A stretch of DNA of 64,000 bases from Deltaproteobacteria bacterium (GTDB taxonomy: Bacteria; Myxococcota_A; Polyangia; Polyangiales; Ga0077539): contig JADJAE010000165.1 in NCBI GenBank assembly GCA_016704445.1, forward strand, positions 82,037-146,036, in the 5' to 3' direction. A program made the position numbers and the translations under genes. Below, in pieces: positions 9,832-20,900 of this stretch (within the stretch, counting starts at the first letter, position 1; every line of letters begins with the position of its first letter). The notes under the pieces were generated by a model. It had not been told where the DNA came from, made no database searches, and saw nothing but the letters and a program-made list of their open reading frames with translations.

Positions 9832-11145
9832 ATGAGTGACGCCAGACTCACCGGCGACGAGCTTCGCGACGCCTGGGCCGTGCTCTCCTCCATCGAGCGC
9901 CTGGAGGGCTTCCAGCACCTCGACCGCTCCGAGGCCGACGAGTTCTTCCTCGGGCTCTCGACCCACGAGCAGGCCGCCATGCTCCGGTCGATGCGCAGCG
10001 GGGAGCGCAGGCTCTGGCTCCGGCTGCTCGCCCCCGACGACGCGGCCGACCTGGTGCAGGAGCTTCCGGAGGACGAGCGAGCGGCCTTCCTGGGGCAGCT
10101 CGACGACGTGTCGCGCCGCGAGGTGGCCGCGCTGATGGCCTACGCGGAGGACGCCGCGGGCGGGCTGATGAGCCCGCGCTTCGCCCGGCTGCGGCCGGAG
10201 ATGACCGTCGACGAGGCGATCCGGTACCTGCGGCGACAGGCGCGGGAGCAGCTCGAGACGATCTACTACGCGTACGTGCTCGACCAGGAGCAGCGCATCC
10301 GGGGCGTGGTGACCTTCCGCGACCTGTTCACGGCGCCGGGCGGCAAGCCGCTCGCGGAGGTGATGCACACCGCGGTCATCTCGGTGCCCGACACCATGGA
10401 CCAGGAGGCCGTCGCCAGGGTGATCGCGGAGCACGACCTCAACGCGCTGCCGGTGGTCGACGCCGACGGGCGCATGAAGGGCATCGTGACCGTCGACGAC
10501 ATCGTCGACGTGGTGCAGCACGAGGCCACCGAGGACATCCAGAAGCTCGGAGGCATGGAGGCGCTCGACACGCCGTACATGGAGACCAGCTTCGGCGCGA
10601 TGGTGCGGAAGCGCGGCGGCTGGCTGGCGGCGCTCTTCGTCGGCGAGATGCTCACCGCGAGCGCGATGGCCCACTACGAGCACGAGATCGCCCGCGCGCT
10701 GGTGCTCACGCTCTTCATCCCGCTGATCATCTCCAGCGGCGGCAACTCCGGCTCGCAGGCCACCACGCTCATCATCCGCGCGATGGCGCTCGGCGAGATC
10801 ACCGGCCGCGACTGGTGGCTCATCGTCCGGCGGGAGATCGCCGCGGGCCTCACGCTCGGCGCCATCCTCGCGACCATCGGCTTCGTCCGGGTGCTGGTCT
10901 GGCACTCGTTCGTCCGCTCCTACGGCCCGGCCTACGTGCGCATCGGCATGACCGTGGCCTTCAGCCTCATCGGCGTCGTGAGCTGGGGCACCATCGCGGG
11001 CTCGATGCTGCCCTTCATCGTGAAGCGCTTCGGCTTCGATCCGGCGACCGCCTCGGCGCCCTTCGTCGCCACGCTGGTCGACGTCGCCGGGGTCATCATC
11101 TACTTCAACGTCGCCCAGGTGCTGCTCCGAGGCACGCTGCTGTGA
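9832..11145 (+). CDS. mgtE: Magnesium transporter MgtE
   Basis: N-terminal MgtE_N domain, tandem CBS region (VVDADGRMKGIVTVDDIVD), and a C-terminal five-TM MgtE domain (GGNSGSQATTLIIRAMALGEI). 437 aa. Confidence 0.85.
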   Translation: MSDARLTGDELRDAWAVLSSIERLEGFQHLDRSEADEFFLGLSTHEQAAMLRSMRSGERRLWLRLLAPDDAADLVQELPEDERAAFLGQLDDVSRREVAALMAYAEDAAGGLMSPRFARLRPEMTVDEAIRYLRRQAREQLETIYYAYVLDQEQRIRGVVTFRDLFTAPGGKPLAEVMHTAVISVPDTMDQEAVARVIAEHDLNALPVVDADGRMKGIVTVDDIVDVVQHEATEDIQKLGGMEALDTPYMETSFGAMVRKRGGWLAALFVGEMLTASAMAHYEHEIARALVLTLFIPLIISSGGNSGSQATTLIIRAMALGEITGRDWWLIVRREIAAGLTLGAILATIGFVRVLVWHSFVRSYGPAYVRIGMTVAFSLIGVVSWGTIAGSMLPFIVKRFGFDPATASAPFVATLVDVAGVIIYFNVAQVLLRGTLL

Positions 11146-13007
11146 GCGGGGCGCGCCTCCCCGCCGCCTTCGCCGCGCTGATCCTCGGCTGCGCCTCCAC
11201 CGAGGGCGTCCCCAACAAGCCCGAGCTCGACGCCTCGGTGACCGGGAAGGACGCCTCACCCGCCGAGGACATGGGCGCTCCCGTCGATGTCCCTCCAACC
11301 GTCGATGTCCCCGCCGCCATCGACGTCCCTTCGGTGCGCGATGTCCCCGCCGCCATCGACGTCCCTCCGGTGCGCGATGTCCCCACCGCCATCGACGTCC
11401 CTCCAGCCATCGACCGCCCGGCCGCCATCGATGTCCCTCCCCCGATCGATCGCCCTCCCGCCGTCGATGTCCCTCCGGTGCGCGATGTCCCGCCTTCGGT
11501 CGACGTGCTGCCTCCGCCGCTCCCCTATCCCACGCGCAGCCTCTATCGCATCAAGGGTCTCCAACCCGACTTCTGGCCCTCCTACGACGAGGTCTCCGGC
11601 AACAACGTCGGCGGCGTCGCCATGAACCTCGTCTGGTACCAGTGGGAGGGATCCCGCTCGGCCCCGCCCTGCGCCTCCGGGGCCCACGCCTTCGAGGGCC
11701 ACTGCTTCACCGTCGAGCCCAACGTCGACAACGCCATCCGCGAGTGGACCCGCCGCGGCCTTGTCGTCACCGCGGTGGTCTACGGCACCCCCTCGTGGGC
11801 CCGCACCACCCGCAACTGCACCCCCGCGGCGCCGGGCTTCGAGGGCTTCTGCGCGCCCGACGACCCGGTCGACTACGCCCGCTTCGCACGCTTCATCGCG
11901 GCCCGCTACGACGGCCGCCGGGGCAACGGGCGCATCGCGGACTTCGTCATCCAGAACGAGGTGAACTCCAACGACTGGTTCGACGTGGGCTGCGGCGGGA
12001 GCGCGGGCCCCTGCGACACCACCCGGTGGATCAGCACCTACGCCGCGCTCTACAACGCCGCCTACGACGCCATCGTCGCCGAGCAGCCCTCCGCCAAGGT
12101 GCTCATCTCCCTGGAGCACCACTTCGGGACCACCTTCGATCGCCCCTCCGCCGCGAGCCCGCTGCTCTCCGGGGAGACCTTCCTCCGCGGCTTCGCCGCC
12201 CGCGTCGGATCGCGCGCCTGGCGGGTGGCCTATCACCCCTATCCGCCGAACCTCCTTCGAGCGGAGTTCTCCGCCGACGACGATCCGCAGGTGACCTACG
12301 GCTCCCTCGGGGTGCTGCCCGGCTGGCTTCGGCAGAACTTCCCCTCCACCCCGAGCGCCTGGGAGATCCAGCTCACCGAGAGCGGAGTGAACTCCGTCGC
12401 CCCCAACTCATCCCCCTCGGCGCAGGCCACCGGCGTCTGCGAGTCGCTGCGCAACGCCCTAGGGACGCCCGGCGTCGAGAGCTACATCTATCACCGCATG
12501 ACCGACCACCCGGTGGAGCTCGCCTCCGGGCTCGGCCTCGGCCTGCGCAACCCCGACGGCAGCCCGAAGCCCGCGTGGTCGGTGTGGGCCCTCTCCAACC
12601 GCAGCGACCTCACGCCACCGATGCTCTCGTGCGGCTTCGAGGACCTCCCGTACACCCGCCTGCGCCGCAGCTACTCCGCGGCGCGAGGGCACTGGGCCTC
12701 GTCGCGCAATCCCCCGCCGGGCTTCCGCGTCGAGCAGAGCTGGCGTCTCTGGCGGGAGGCCCACCCGGGCGCCGTGATGCTCTACGAGTGCCGCGTGGGG
12801 CAGCACGACCTGCTCACCCGCGAGGCGGGCTGCGAGGGGCTGCGGCCGCTCGGTCCGGTGGGGTACATCGAGACCAGCGCCGGGCCCGGCAGAGCGCCGC
12901 TCTACCGCTGCCGCGTGGGCGAAGGAACCGACCACTTCATCTCCCCCGACGCCGGCTGCGAGGGGCAGGTGATGGAGCAGTTGCTCGGCTACGCCTTCAG
13001 CGGTTGA
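11142..13007 (+). CDS. Lipoprotein glycoside hydrolase, clan GH-A (GH5-like TIM barrel), with a hexapeptide-repeat linker and a duplicated Cys-containing C-terminal motif
   Basis: GTG at 11142 overlaps the mgtE stop (GTGA) and gives MSGARLPAAFAALILGCAST (lipobox). Acid/base-like IQNEVNS and nucleophile-like IQLTESG match clan A spacing. C-terminal YECRVGQHDLL...GCEG repeated twice. Confidence 0.65.
   Translation: MSGARLPAAFAALILGCASTEGVPNKPELDASVTGKDASPAEDMGAPVDVPPTVDVPAAIDVPSVRDVPAAIDVPPVRDVPTAIDVPPAIDRPAAIDVPPPIDRPPAVDVPPVRDVPPSVDVLPPPLPYPTRSLYRIKGLQPDFWPSYDEVSGNNVGGVAMNLVWYQWEGSRSAPPCASGAHAFEGHCFTVEPNVDNAIREWTRRGLVVTAVVYGTPSWARTTRNCTPAAPGFEGFCAPDDPVDYARFARFIAARYDGRRGNGRIADFVIQNEVNSNDWFDVGCGGSAGPCDTTRWISTYAALYNAAYDAIVAEQPSAKVLISLEHHFGTTFDRPSAASPLLSGETFLRGFAARVGSRAWRVAYHPYPPNLLRAEFSADDDPQVTYGSLGVLPGWLRQNFPSTPSAWEIQLTESGVNSVAPNSSPSAQATGVCESLRNALGTPGVESYIYHRMTDHPVELASGLGLGLRNPDGSPKPAWSVWALSNRSDLTPPMLSCGFEDLPYTRLRRSYSAARGHWASSRNPPPGFRVEQSWRLWREAHPGAVMLYECRVGQHDLLTREAGCEGLRPLGPVGYIETSAGPGRAPLYRCRVGEGTDHFISPDAGCEGQVMEQLLGYAFSG
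11287..11520 (+). repeat. Tandem 18-nt (6-aa) coding repeat (x)xDVP(P), about 13 copies
   Basis: VDVPPTVDVPAAIDVPSVRDVPAAIDVPPVRDVPTAIDVPPAIDRPAAIDVPPPIDRPPAVDVPPVRDVPPSVDV, read directly from the translation and DNA periodicity. Confidence 0.8.
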
Positions 13008-14244
13008 CGCCCGCGTCGCCGACGCCCGTGGCGCCGCCGAGGAAGTCGTAGCGCTCCCTGAGGAAGCGCGGCACCTCGCCGTGGACGTCATACAGGTTGT
13101 CGTATTGCTCCAGCGTCAGGGGAATGCCCGGCACGCGCCCCAGCAGCTCTCTCACCTGGGCGTATTTCATCGCCAGCAGCGGGAGCGTGATCACCGGGTC
13201 CATCGCGCGGCGCGCGTCGCCGAGGGCGGCCACGTAGCGCTCGCGGAGGTCGGGCTCGGCCAGCAGCGAGGTGAAGTGCCGCTGGAGGTCGCCGGAAGGG
13301 TGCGCCGGCGCGAAGGGGTCGGCCTGCGCGTCGGGCTCCAGCGCCGGGACCTCGTCCCAGTCGTCGCCGAGCGGGCGCGCCACGCCGGTGTCGTCGTTGC
13401 GCATCAGCACCCAGTTGTAAGGGCGGTCGGGGTAGTTGTCCCCGGGCGCGAGGGCCATCACCGTCGCCGACCACTGGAGGTAGACCGGGATGTCGAGCAT
13501 CGACGAGAGGCGCGCGCGGTCGAAGGTGCGGCAGAACTCGCCGATGAAGCCCGTCGTCTCCGCGAGGTAGCAGCCGTTCTCATAGAAGCTGACGTTGCGG
13601 GTGCCCTCGATGCGCTGGCCGAGGTCGCGGCCCACGTCCTCGGTGAGCGTCTCGACGTGATAGAGCGCGTCGTTGAAGTAGATCGCGACGACGTTGGTGT
13701 ACTTGAAGGGCAGCCGCAGCTCGGGGTGCATCTCGGCCACCCGGCGCATCACGCTGACGGAGAGCCACTCGTGGAGCACGTAGCAGCGGCCGCGGTCGGT
13801 CTCGAAGCGGTCGGTGCGGTAGCCGTCCGGGAAGGTGATCGGAGCGGGGAAGTCGATGCGAAACTGCCGCAGCGCCCCGCAGCGCGAGTTGTTGCCCAGG
13901 CGCTGTCGGATGGTCCCCCGGTAGGCTCCGCCGAGGTAGCGCAGGGTCATGGGGACGCGCGCGGTGCTGCCCTCGACGAGCAGCGAGGCGAGGTCGGCGG
14001 CGCCGAGGTCGACGCGAAACTCCGGGAGGGTCTCGTCGCGGAAGGTGCGAGGGATCTCCCCCTCGCGAAGCGCCGCGACGCCGCTGTCGAAGCGGTCGTC
14101 CGAGGCGTCCATCACCGCGGGCGTCGCGGTGTCGCCGAGGTCGGCGCCGAGGTCGACGGAGGCGTCGGAGACCGGCGTCGGAGAGGAGCACCGCCCGAGC
14201 AGGAGCAGCGCGAGGGCGGGACCGAGGGCGCGAAGGGACTTCAT
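12997..14244 (-). CDS. Lipoprotein, CotH-like domain (putative)
   Basis: MKSLRALGPALALLLLGRCSS lipobox. Central region with NYPDRPYNWVLMRNDDTG...DDWDEV resembles the CotH kinase-like core. Convergent with the glycoside hydrolase; the 3' ends overlap by 11 nt. Confidence 0.45.
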   Translation of the reverse strand: MKSLRALGPALALLLLGRCSSPTPVSDASVDLGADLGDTATPAVMDASDDRFDSGVAALREGEIPRTFRDETLPEFRVDLGAADLASLLVEGSTARVPMTLRYLGGAYRGTIRQRLGNNSRCGALRQFRIDFPAPITFPDGYRTDRFETDRGRCYVLHEWLSVSVMRRVAEMHPELRLPFKYTNVVAIYFNDALYHVETLTEDVGRDLGQRIEGTRNVSFYENGCYLAETTGFIGEFCRTFDRARLSSMLDIPVYLQWSATVMALAPGDNYPDRPYNWVLMRNDDTGVARPLGDDWDEVPALEPDAQADPFAPAHPSGDLQRHFTSLLAEPDLRERYVAALGDARRAMDPVITLPLLAMKYAQVRELLGRVPGIPLTLEQYDNLYDVHGEVPRFLRERYDFLGGATGVGDAGVNR

Positions 14245-14284
14245 GGAGGGCCGGGCGGAGGTTCAGCCAACGCGGCCGCCGCGT

Positions 14285-15292
14285 CTACCGCGGCGTGATC
14301 TCGCAGGCGCTCGCGTGCTCGCAGCCCGGCGCGCCGGAGTCGTCGTCCCCGAGCGGCTCCTCGACCTGCACCGTGGTGTGCCCGATGCCGAAGCGGGAGC
14401 GCATCGCCTCCGCCACGCTGCCCTGAAACGAGCGCGTCACGGCGCCCGCGGGCATCACGAGGTGGGCGGTCATCGCGACGTCCGTGGTGCTGAGCGCCCA
14501 GACGTGGAGGTCGTGCACGCCGCACACGCCGGGGAGCCCGAGGAGGTACTCGCGCACGGCGTCGAGCTCGATGTGCCTCGGCACCGCGTCGAGGCTCAGG
14601 TCGAGGGCCTCCCTCAACAGCGACCAGGTGCTGACGACGATGACCAGCGAGACGACGATGCTCATCGCCGGGTCGAGCCACCACCAGTGGGTGCGCCACA
14701 TCACCACCCCCGCGATCACCACGGCCAGCGAGACCAGCGCGTCGCTCGCCAGGTGAAGGAAGGCCCCGCGCGCGTTGACGTCCGACTTCTGAGAGCGATG
14801 GAACATCATCGCCGACACCCCGTTGACCGCCACCCCGGCGGCCGCGACGGCGATCACCGTCCCGCTCGGCACCGGCTGCGGGTCGCCGAGGCGCAGCACC
14901 GCCTCGCGGCAGACCACGCCCACCGCGACGAGCAGCGTGACCGCGTTGGCCACCGCCGCGAGGATGGTCCCCCGGCGCAGGCCGTAGGTGCGGCGGACCG
15001 ACGGAGGGCGGCGCGCGAGCAGCATGGCGCCCCAGGCCAGCAGCAGCCCCAGCACGTCGCCGAGGTTGTGCGCCGCGTCGGCGACCAGGGCCATCGAGTG
15101 CGAGAGCACCCCGAACACCGCCTCGACCGCCACGAAGGTCAGGTTGAGCCCCACGCCGACCCCGAAGGCCGTGCCCGTCACCGCGTGGTGTTGATGGTGG
15201 TGGTGACCGAGGGCGCCATGATCGTGGCCCTCGTGGTCATGGTCGTGGTGCTCCTCGTGGCCGGAGTGCTCCTCGTGGTGGGGGTGGGTCAT
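14285..15292 (-). CDS. czcD: Cation diffusion facilitator (CzcD-like) with a His-rich N-terminus
   Basis: ATG at 15292 gives MTHPHHEEHSGHEEHHDHDHEGHDHGALGHHHHQHH, followed by six CDF TM helices and a C-terminal CDF dimerisation domain (VHDLHVWALS). Confidence 0.8.
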   Translation of the reverse strand: MTHPHHEEHSGHEEHHDHDHEGHDHGALGHHHHQHHAVTGTAFGVGVGLNLTFVAVEAVFGVLSHSMALVADAAHNLGDVLGLLLAWGAMLLARRPPSVRRTYGLRRGTILAAVANAVTLLVAVGVVCREAVLRLGDPQPVPSGTVIAVAAAGVAVNGVSAMMFHRSQKSDVNARGAFLHLASDALVSLAVVIAGVVMWRTHWWWLDPAMSIVVSLVIVVSTWSLLREALDLSLDAVPRHIELDAVREYLLGLPGVCGVHDLHVWALSTTDVAMTAHLVMPAGAVTRSFQGSVAEAMRSRFGIGHTTVQVEEPLGDDDSGAPGCEHASACEITPR

Positions 15293-15472
15293 CAACGCTC
15301 CAGTGTTGATGATAGCGCCGCGCGCCAGCGGCCCGGGCGGCGATTGACCGGCGGTGTTTGGCTGGGCTATGGGCTGCCCGCATGGACGCGCTCCCGCGGT
15401 TGGGCGAGCTCGAGGCGGCGGTGCTCCGGCGGCTCTGGGCGAGCGACGCCGACACCGGGAGCATCTGAGGTG

Positions 15473-16753
15473 ATGCCGCGGAGAGACGGGCCGATCGACG
15501 ATCGGTCTTGTGCGCGATGGCTCGTCCGTGGGCTCGTCGCGACCGCGCTCTCCCTCTTCGCGCCCGCCTCGATGGCCTTCGCCCAGCCGGTCGCCCAGGG
15601 GCAGGCGCTCGACCGCGAGGCGGTGATCGACCAGGCCCGTCGGCGATCGTGGGGGGTGCGCGTGGCGGTGGTCCGATCGGGCGAGGCCCGGGCGCTGCGC
15701 GAGGGCGCCTCGATGCCCGCGAGGGAGAACCCCAGCCTCCAGCTCCGCAGCGGCCCCCGGTGGACCAGCGACCGCGGCGCCCTCCCCGACTTCAGCTTCG
15801 CGCTCACCTGGCCCATCGACCTCTCCGGGTCGCCGCGCGCCCGGGAGCGCCACGCCGACGCCGCCGCAGAGGCCGCCGAGGCGGAGCTTCGCAACAGCGC
15901 CCGGGTGGCGATCGGCGAGGCGCTCGACCTCTACGCCCGGGTGCTGGGCGCCGACGAGATGCTGCGGCTCTCGGAGTCGCGCGCGGCGCTCGACGAGGGC
16001 CTCGCTCGCGTGGCGGGAGTGCGGCGCGCCGCGGGCGCCACGGGCGACGCCGACGTCGCGATGGCGAGCGCCGTGAGGGCCGAGGCCTCGGCGAGGGTGC
16101 TGCGGGCGAGGGCCGAGCGAGAGGCGCTGCGCTCGGAGCTGCTGGCGACGCTGAGCCTCGACCCGCAGTCGCCGACGGAGGTCTCCGGGACCCTCGCTCC
16201 CCCGGCGCCCCCGGCGGCCCTCGACGAGCTGCTGGCGAGGGCCGACCGGCGCAGCGACGTGCTCTCCGCCGGGGCCCTGGCGCAGCTCGCCCGCGCCGAC
16301 GTGGAGGTCCAGCGCAGGGCCGGGACGCCGGTGCCCAGGCTGCTGTTGCAGGGCATCCGGGAGAACGAGGTCTTCGTGCAGGCGGGCCTCGACCTGCCGC
16401 TGCCGATCTACCAGCGCAACCAGACCGCGAGGGCGGTGAGCGCCGCGGTGGCGGCGACGCGCGACGCGCAGCGCGAGGCCCTGAGGGCGAGAGCGAGGGC
16501 CGAGGTGGTGGCGGCGTGGCGACGGAGCGAAGGGGCAGCGCGGGCCTTCGAGGCGCTGTCCATGGCCCTCGGGGCGGTGGACGAGACCGAGCACCTCGCG
16601 ACGCGCGCCTATGAGCTGGGCCGCTCGGAGCTGGCCACGGTGCTGGTGGTCCGCCGTACCGCGATGGACGCGCGCGCCGCGAGGGTCGACGCGCTGCTGG
16701 CGTGGGTGCGGGCGCGGGTCGCGCTCGACCTCGCCGCTGGATTGGAGCCGTAG
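15473..16753 (+). CDS. czcC: Outer-membrane efflux protein (TolC/CzcC family)
   Basis: ATG at 15473 (MPRRDGPID..., signal LVATALSLFAPASMAFAQP). Two coiled-coil OEP repeats. Divergent from czcD across a 180-bp shared promoter region. Confidence 0.75.
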   Translation: MPRRDGPIDDRSCARWLVRGLVATALSLFAPASMAFAQPVAQGQALDREAVIDQARRRSWGVRVAVVRSGEARALREGASMPARENPSLQLRSGPRWTSDRGALPDFSFALTWPIDLSGSPRARERHADAAAEAAEAELRNSARVAIGEALDLYARVLGADEMLRLSESRAALDEGLARVAGVRRAAGATGDADVAMASAVRAEASARVLRARAEREALRSELLATLSLDPQSPTEVSGTLAPPAPPAALDELLARADRRSDVLSAGALAQLARADVEVQRRAGTPVPRLLLQGIRENEVFVQAGLDLPLPIYQRNQTARAVSAAVAATRDAQREALRARARAEVVAAWRRSEGAARAFEALSMALGAVDETEHLATRAYELGRSELATVLVVRRTAMDARAARVDALLAWVRARVALDLAAGLEP

Positions 16754-16754
16754 G

Positions 16755-17909
16755 ATGCGAGCGCTGCTGCTGTCACTGATGGTCGTCGCCGCCGCGTGCC
16801 GAGGCCCGGAGCGGGAGGCCCCGCGCCCGGCGGAGCCCGCGCGGGAGGAGACGCCCGTGGTCGAGCTCACCGCCGAGGGGATGACCAACGCCGAGGTGCG
16901 CACCGCGGCGCTCACCCCGTCGGCGCTGTCGGCGCGGCTCCCGGTGATCGGAACGCTGATGGCCGACCCGCAGCGCGTGGCGAGGGTGGGGGCGCGCTTC
17001 AGCGGGCGGGTGGTGGCCCTGCGGGCGAGGCTCGGGGACACCGTGGCCGCGGGGGCTCCCCTCGCGGAGATCGACACCGTCGAGCTGCACCAGGTGGCGA
17101 CGGAGTACCTGACGGCGGTGGCGAGGGCGCGCGAGGCGACGGACGCGCTGGAGCGCCAGCGGGCCCTGGTGGGAGAGCGCGTGGGCTCGGTGCAGGAGCT
17201 CCGCCACCTCGAGGCCGACGCCGAGGCCGCGACCGCGGCGCTTCACGAGGGCGAGGAGCACCTTCACGTGCTCGGTCTCACCGAGCGGGACATCCGGTCG
17301 CTGCGGGCGCGCACCTCCCACGGCGAGTCGCGGAGCGTCGTGCGCTCGCCCATCGCGGGGCGCGTCGTGGCCTTCCCGCTGTCCCTGGGCCAGGTGGTGT
17401 CGGGCACCGAGGAGGTCGCGACGGTGGCGCTGCCGGGGGCGGTGTGGGCCATCCTGCGGGTGCCGGAAGCCGACATGGCCCAGGTGCACCCGGGCGCTTC
17501 GGTGGAGGTGCGCACGGCGGCGGAGCCGGGCGTGGCGCTCCCCGCGACGCTCGACTTCGTGGGCGAGCTGGTCGACCCGACGACGAGGATGGTGGAGTGC
17601 CGGGCCTCGCTCGCGGGCGTCGGGGCGTCGCTCCGCGCGGGCATGAGCCTCGCGGCGTGGATCACCCTGCGCTCGGGCCCTCCGGCGCTCTGGATTCCGG
17701 TCGAGTCGGTGCTGACCCACGAGGCCTCGCCGGTGGTGTTCGTGCAGGTGGGCGAGCGGCGCTTCTCCCCGCGGACCGTGCGCGTGGGCGCCCCGAGGGC
17801 GGGGCAGGTGCCGGTGACGGCGGGCGTCGCGGCGGGCGACGTGGTGGTCGTGCACGGGGCCTTCAGCCTGCGCGGCGAGCTCGAGCGCGCGTCGCTCGAA
17901 GAGGACTGA
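16755..17909 (+). CDS. czcB: Efflux RND periplasmic adaptor (CzcB/HlyD family)
   Basis: ATG at 16755 is 1 nt after the czcC stop. MRALLLSLMVVAAAC lipobox. Biotinyl-lipoyl and beta-barrel MFP motifs (VRSPIAGRVVAF). Confidence 0.8.
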   Translation: MRALLLSLMVVAAACRGPEREAPRPAEPAREETPVVELTAEGMTNAEVRTAALTPSALSARLPVIGTLMADPQRVARVGARFSGRVVALRARLGDTVAAGAPLAEIDTVELHQVATEYLTAVARAREATDALERQRALVGERVGSVQELRHLEADAEAATAALHEGEEHLHVLGLTERDIRSLRARTSHGESRSVVRSPIAGRVVAFPLSLGQVVSGTEEVATVALPGAVWAILRVPEADMAQVHPGASVEVRTAAEPGVALPATLDFVGELVDPTTRMVECRASLAGVGASLRAGMSLAAWITLRSGPPALWIPVESVLTHEASPVVFVQVGERRFSPRTVRVGAPRAGQVPVTAGVAAGDVVVVHGAFSLRGELERASLEED

Positions 17910-17918
17910 GCGCCCCCT

Positions 17919-20900
17919 ATGCTGGCCTGGATCGTCGCGGCGAGCATTCGCCACCGCATCGCGGTGCTGCTGGGCGTGGTGGTGCTCATCACGCTCGGCG
18001 TGCGGGCCTTCATGGCGCTGCCCATCGACGCGGTGCCCGACCTCACCAACGTCCAGGTGCAGGTGCTCACCGCGGCCCCCTCGCTCGGGGCGCTTGACGT
18101 CGAGCGGCTGGTGAGCGCCCCGGTGGAGATGGCCCTGAGCGGCATCCCCGAGGTGCAGGAGCTGCGCTCGCTCTCGCGCTACGGCGTCTCGGCGGTCACC
18201 GTGGTCTTCAACGACGACGTCGACGCGCAGGTCGCTCGCAACCGGGTCAACGAGCGCATGCCCCGCATCCGGGGGGAGGTGGCGGCGGAGATCGGCGTCC
18301 CGGAGATGGGTCCGCTCGCGACGGGACTCGGGGAGGTCTACCAGTTCGAGGTGCGCGGCGAGGGCCGCAGCCCCATGGAGTTGCGCTCCATCCTCGACTG
18401 GCAGATCGCCCCGCGGCTTCGCCTGGTCCCCGGCGTCATCGACGTCAACGTCTTCGGCGGCGAGCTTCGCACCTACGAGGTCACCGTCGACCCGCAGCGC
18501 ATGGCCGTGCGCCACGTGGCCCTCGGCGAGGTCATCACCGCCCTCGAGCGCAACCACGTCGCGGTCGGCGGCGGCGCCATCTCTCGGGGCCCCGAGGGGC
18601 TGCTGGTGCGGGGCGACGCGATGATCCGCTCGCTCGACGACCTCGGGGACATCGTGGTCTCGCACCGCGGGGGCGCGCCCATCTACGTCCGCGACGTGGC
18701 GAGCACCCGCTTCGCCCCGATGCTCCGGCAGGGCGCGGCGACGCGCGACGGGCGCGGCGAGGTGGTGGTCGGCATGACGCTGATGCTCCTCGGCGACAAC
18801 TCCCGGGTGGTCTCTCGCGCGGTGGGCGACGCCGTGAGGCTCATCAACCCGACGCTCCCTCCGGGGGTGCGCATCGACCCCTTCTACGACCGCACCACGC
18901 TGGTCGAGCGCACGCTGAGCACCGTCTCCCTCAGCCTCGTCGAGGGCGGGCTGCTGGTGGTGGTGGTGCTCTTCCTGATGCTCCGCAACCTGCGCGCGGG
19001 CCTCGTGGCGGCGGCGATGATCCCGCTCTGCATGCTGAGCGCGTTCATCGGGATGCGGGCCCTCGGCATCAGCGGCAACCTGATGAGCCTCGGGGCCATC
19101 GACTTCGGCCTGGTGGTCGACGGCGCCATCATCCTGCTGGAGAACGCCGTGCATCACCTCGCGCAGGAGGGCGCGGTGCTGAAGCGGCCGCTCACCCGCG
19201 AGGAGCGCGACGAGGTGGTGCTGCGCTCGGCGCTGGAGGTGCGGGGCGCGACGGCCTTCGGCGAGGTGATCATCGCCCTGGTCTACCTGCCGGTACTGAC
19301 GCTCCAAGGGATCGAGGGCAAGACCTTCCAGCCGATGGCGCTGACGGTGCTCTTCGCGCTCGCGGGGGCCTTCGTGCTGTCGCTCACCTTCGTCCCTGCG
19401 CTCGCCTCGCTCCTGCTACCGGCCGACGCGAAGGACCTCCCCTCGCCCATCGTGACGGCCGCGCGCTGGGCCTACGAGCCCGCGCTCCGCGCCACGCTGC
19501 GGTGGCCCGCGGTGACGCTCGGCGTGGCGCTCCTCTGCTTCGGCGGGAGCATGGTGCTGGCGCAGACCCTGGGCTCGGAGTTCGTCCCGCAGCTCAACGA
19601 GGGGGCGATCATCGTCGAGACGGTGCGCCAGCCGTCGACCGGGCTCGCCGAGTCGGTGCGCCAGTCGACGATCATCGAGCGGGTGCTCCGGCGCTTCCCG
19701 GAGGTGACGACGGTGGTGAGCAAGACCGGCCGGCCGGAGATCGCCAACGACCCGATGGGGGTCGAGCAGAGCGACGTGCTGGTGATGCTGCGTCCGGAGG
19801 CGCAGATCCTACCGGCCGCGGAGCGAGAGGCCCTCATCACCCGGATGCACGACGCGCTCACCCGCGCGGTGCCGGGCGTGGGCTTCGGGTTCACCCAGCC
19901 CATCCAGATGCGGATGAACGAGCTGCTGAGCGGCGTGCGCGCGGACGTCGCGGTGAAGGTGTACGGCGACGACCTGCCGACGCTGGCCCGGCTCGGGGCG
20001 CAGGTCGCCCGCGCGCTCCGCGGGGTGCGGGGCGCGACGGACCTTCGCACCGACCGGGTGGAGGGCATGCCGGTGCTTCGCGCGACGATCGACCGTCACG
20101 CGGCGGCGCGGCTCGGGGCGGACGCCGAGGAGGCGCTCGCGATGGTGGAGGCCATCGGAGGGCGCACCGTCGGCAACGTGCTCGAGGGGCGGCAGCGCTA
20201 CCCCCTGCGGGTGCGGCTGCCGGAGGGGCTGCGCGACGACGTGGAGGCGCTGCGCCGGCTGCCGGTGCACATCGCGGGCGACGCCACGGTGCCGCTGAGG
20301 GACGTGGCGCTGCTCGAGGTGATCGACGAGCCCGTGGTGATCAACCGCGAGGCCCTGGCGCGCCGGCTGGTGGTGCAGACCAACGTGCGCGGCCGCGACC
20401 TGGGAGGCTTCGCCGAGGAGGCGCAGCGCGCGGTGAGGCGCTCGGTGCGGCTGCCGCCCGGGTACCGGCTGGAGTGGGGCGGGCAGTTCGAGAACCTGGA
20501 GCGCGCGAAGCTCCGGCTCGCCATCGTGGTGCCGCTCGCGCTGGGGCTGATCCTGGCGCTGCTGTACATGTCGTTCCGCTCGGTGGGGGCGACGCTGCTG
20601 ATCTTCGCCAACGTGCCCTTCGCCGCGACCGGCGGCATCGTGGCCCTCTGGTCGCGGGGCCTGCCCTTGAGCCTCTCCGCGAGCGTCGGCTTCATCGCCC
20701 TCTTCGGCGTGGCGGTGCTCAACGGGCTCGTGCTGGTGACCCAGATCCGCCAGCTCCGGGAGCAGGGCTCCGGCCTCGTCGCCGCGTCGAGGGAGGGCGC
20801 CCTGCGGCGGCTCCGTCCGGTGCTCACGACGGCGCTGGTGGCCTCGCTGGGCTTCGTCCCGATGGCCATCACCTCGGGCGCAGGCAGCGAGGTGCAGCGC

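Noticed and set aside
8255-11298. ORFs 8255..8992, 8385..9272, 9104..9775 and 9772..11298
   Set aside because: Arg-rich shadow ORFs overlapping the zinc-ribbon, K-channel and mgtE genes.
13949-19307. Giant ORFs 13949..16753 (+), 14285..17077 (-), 16773..19307 (-) and 16796..18097 (+)
   Set aside because: Only the portions corresponding to czcC (from 15473) and czcD (up to 15292) carry real signal. The remainder is antisense or garbage overlapping the czc genes.
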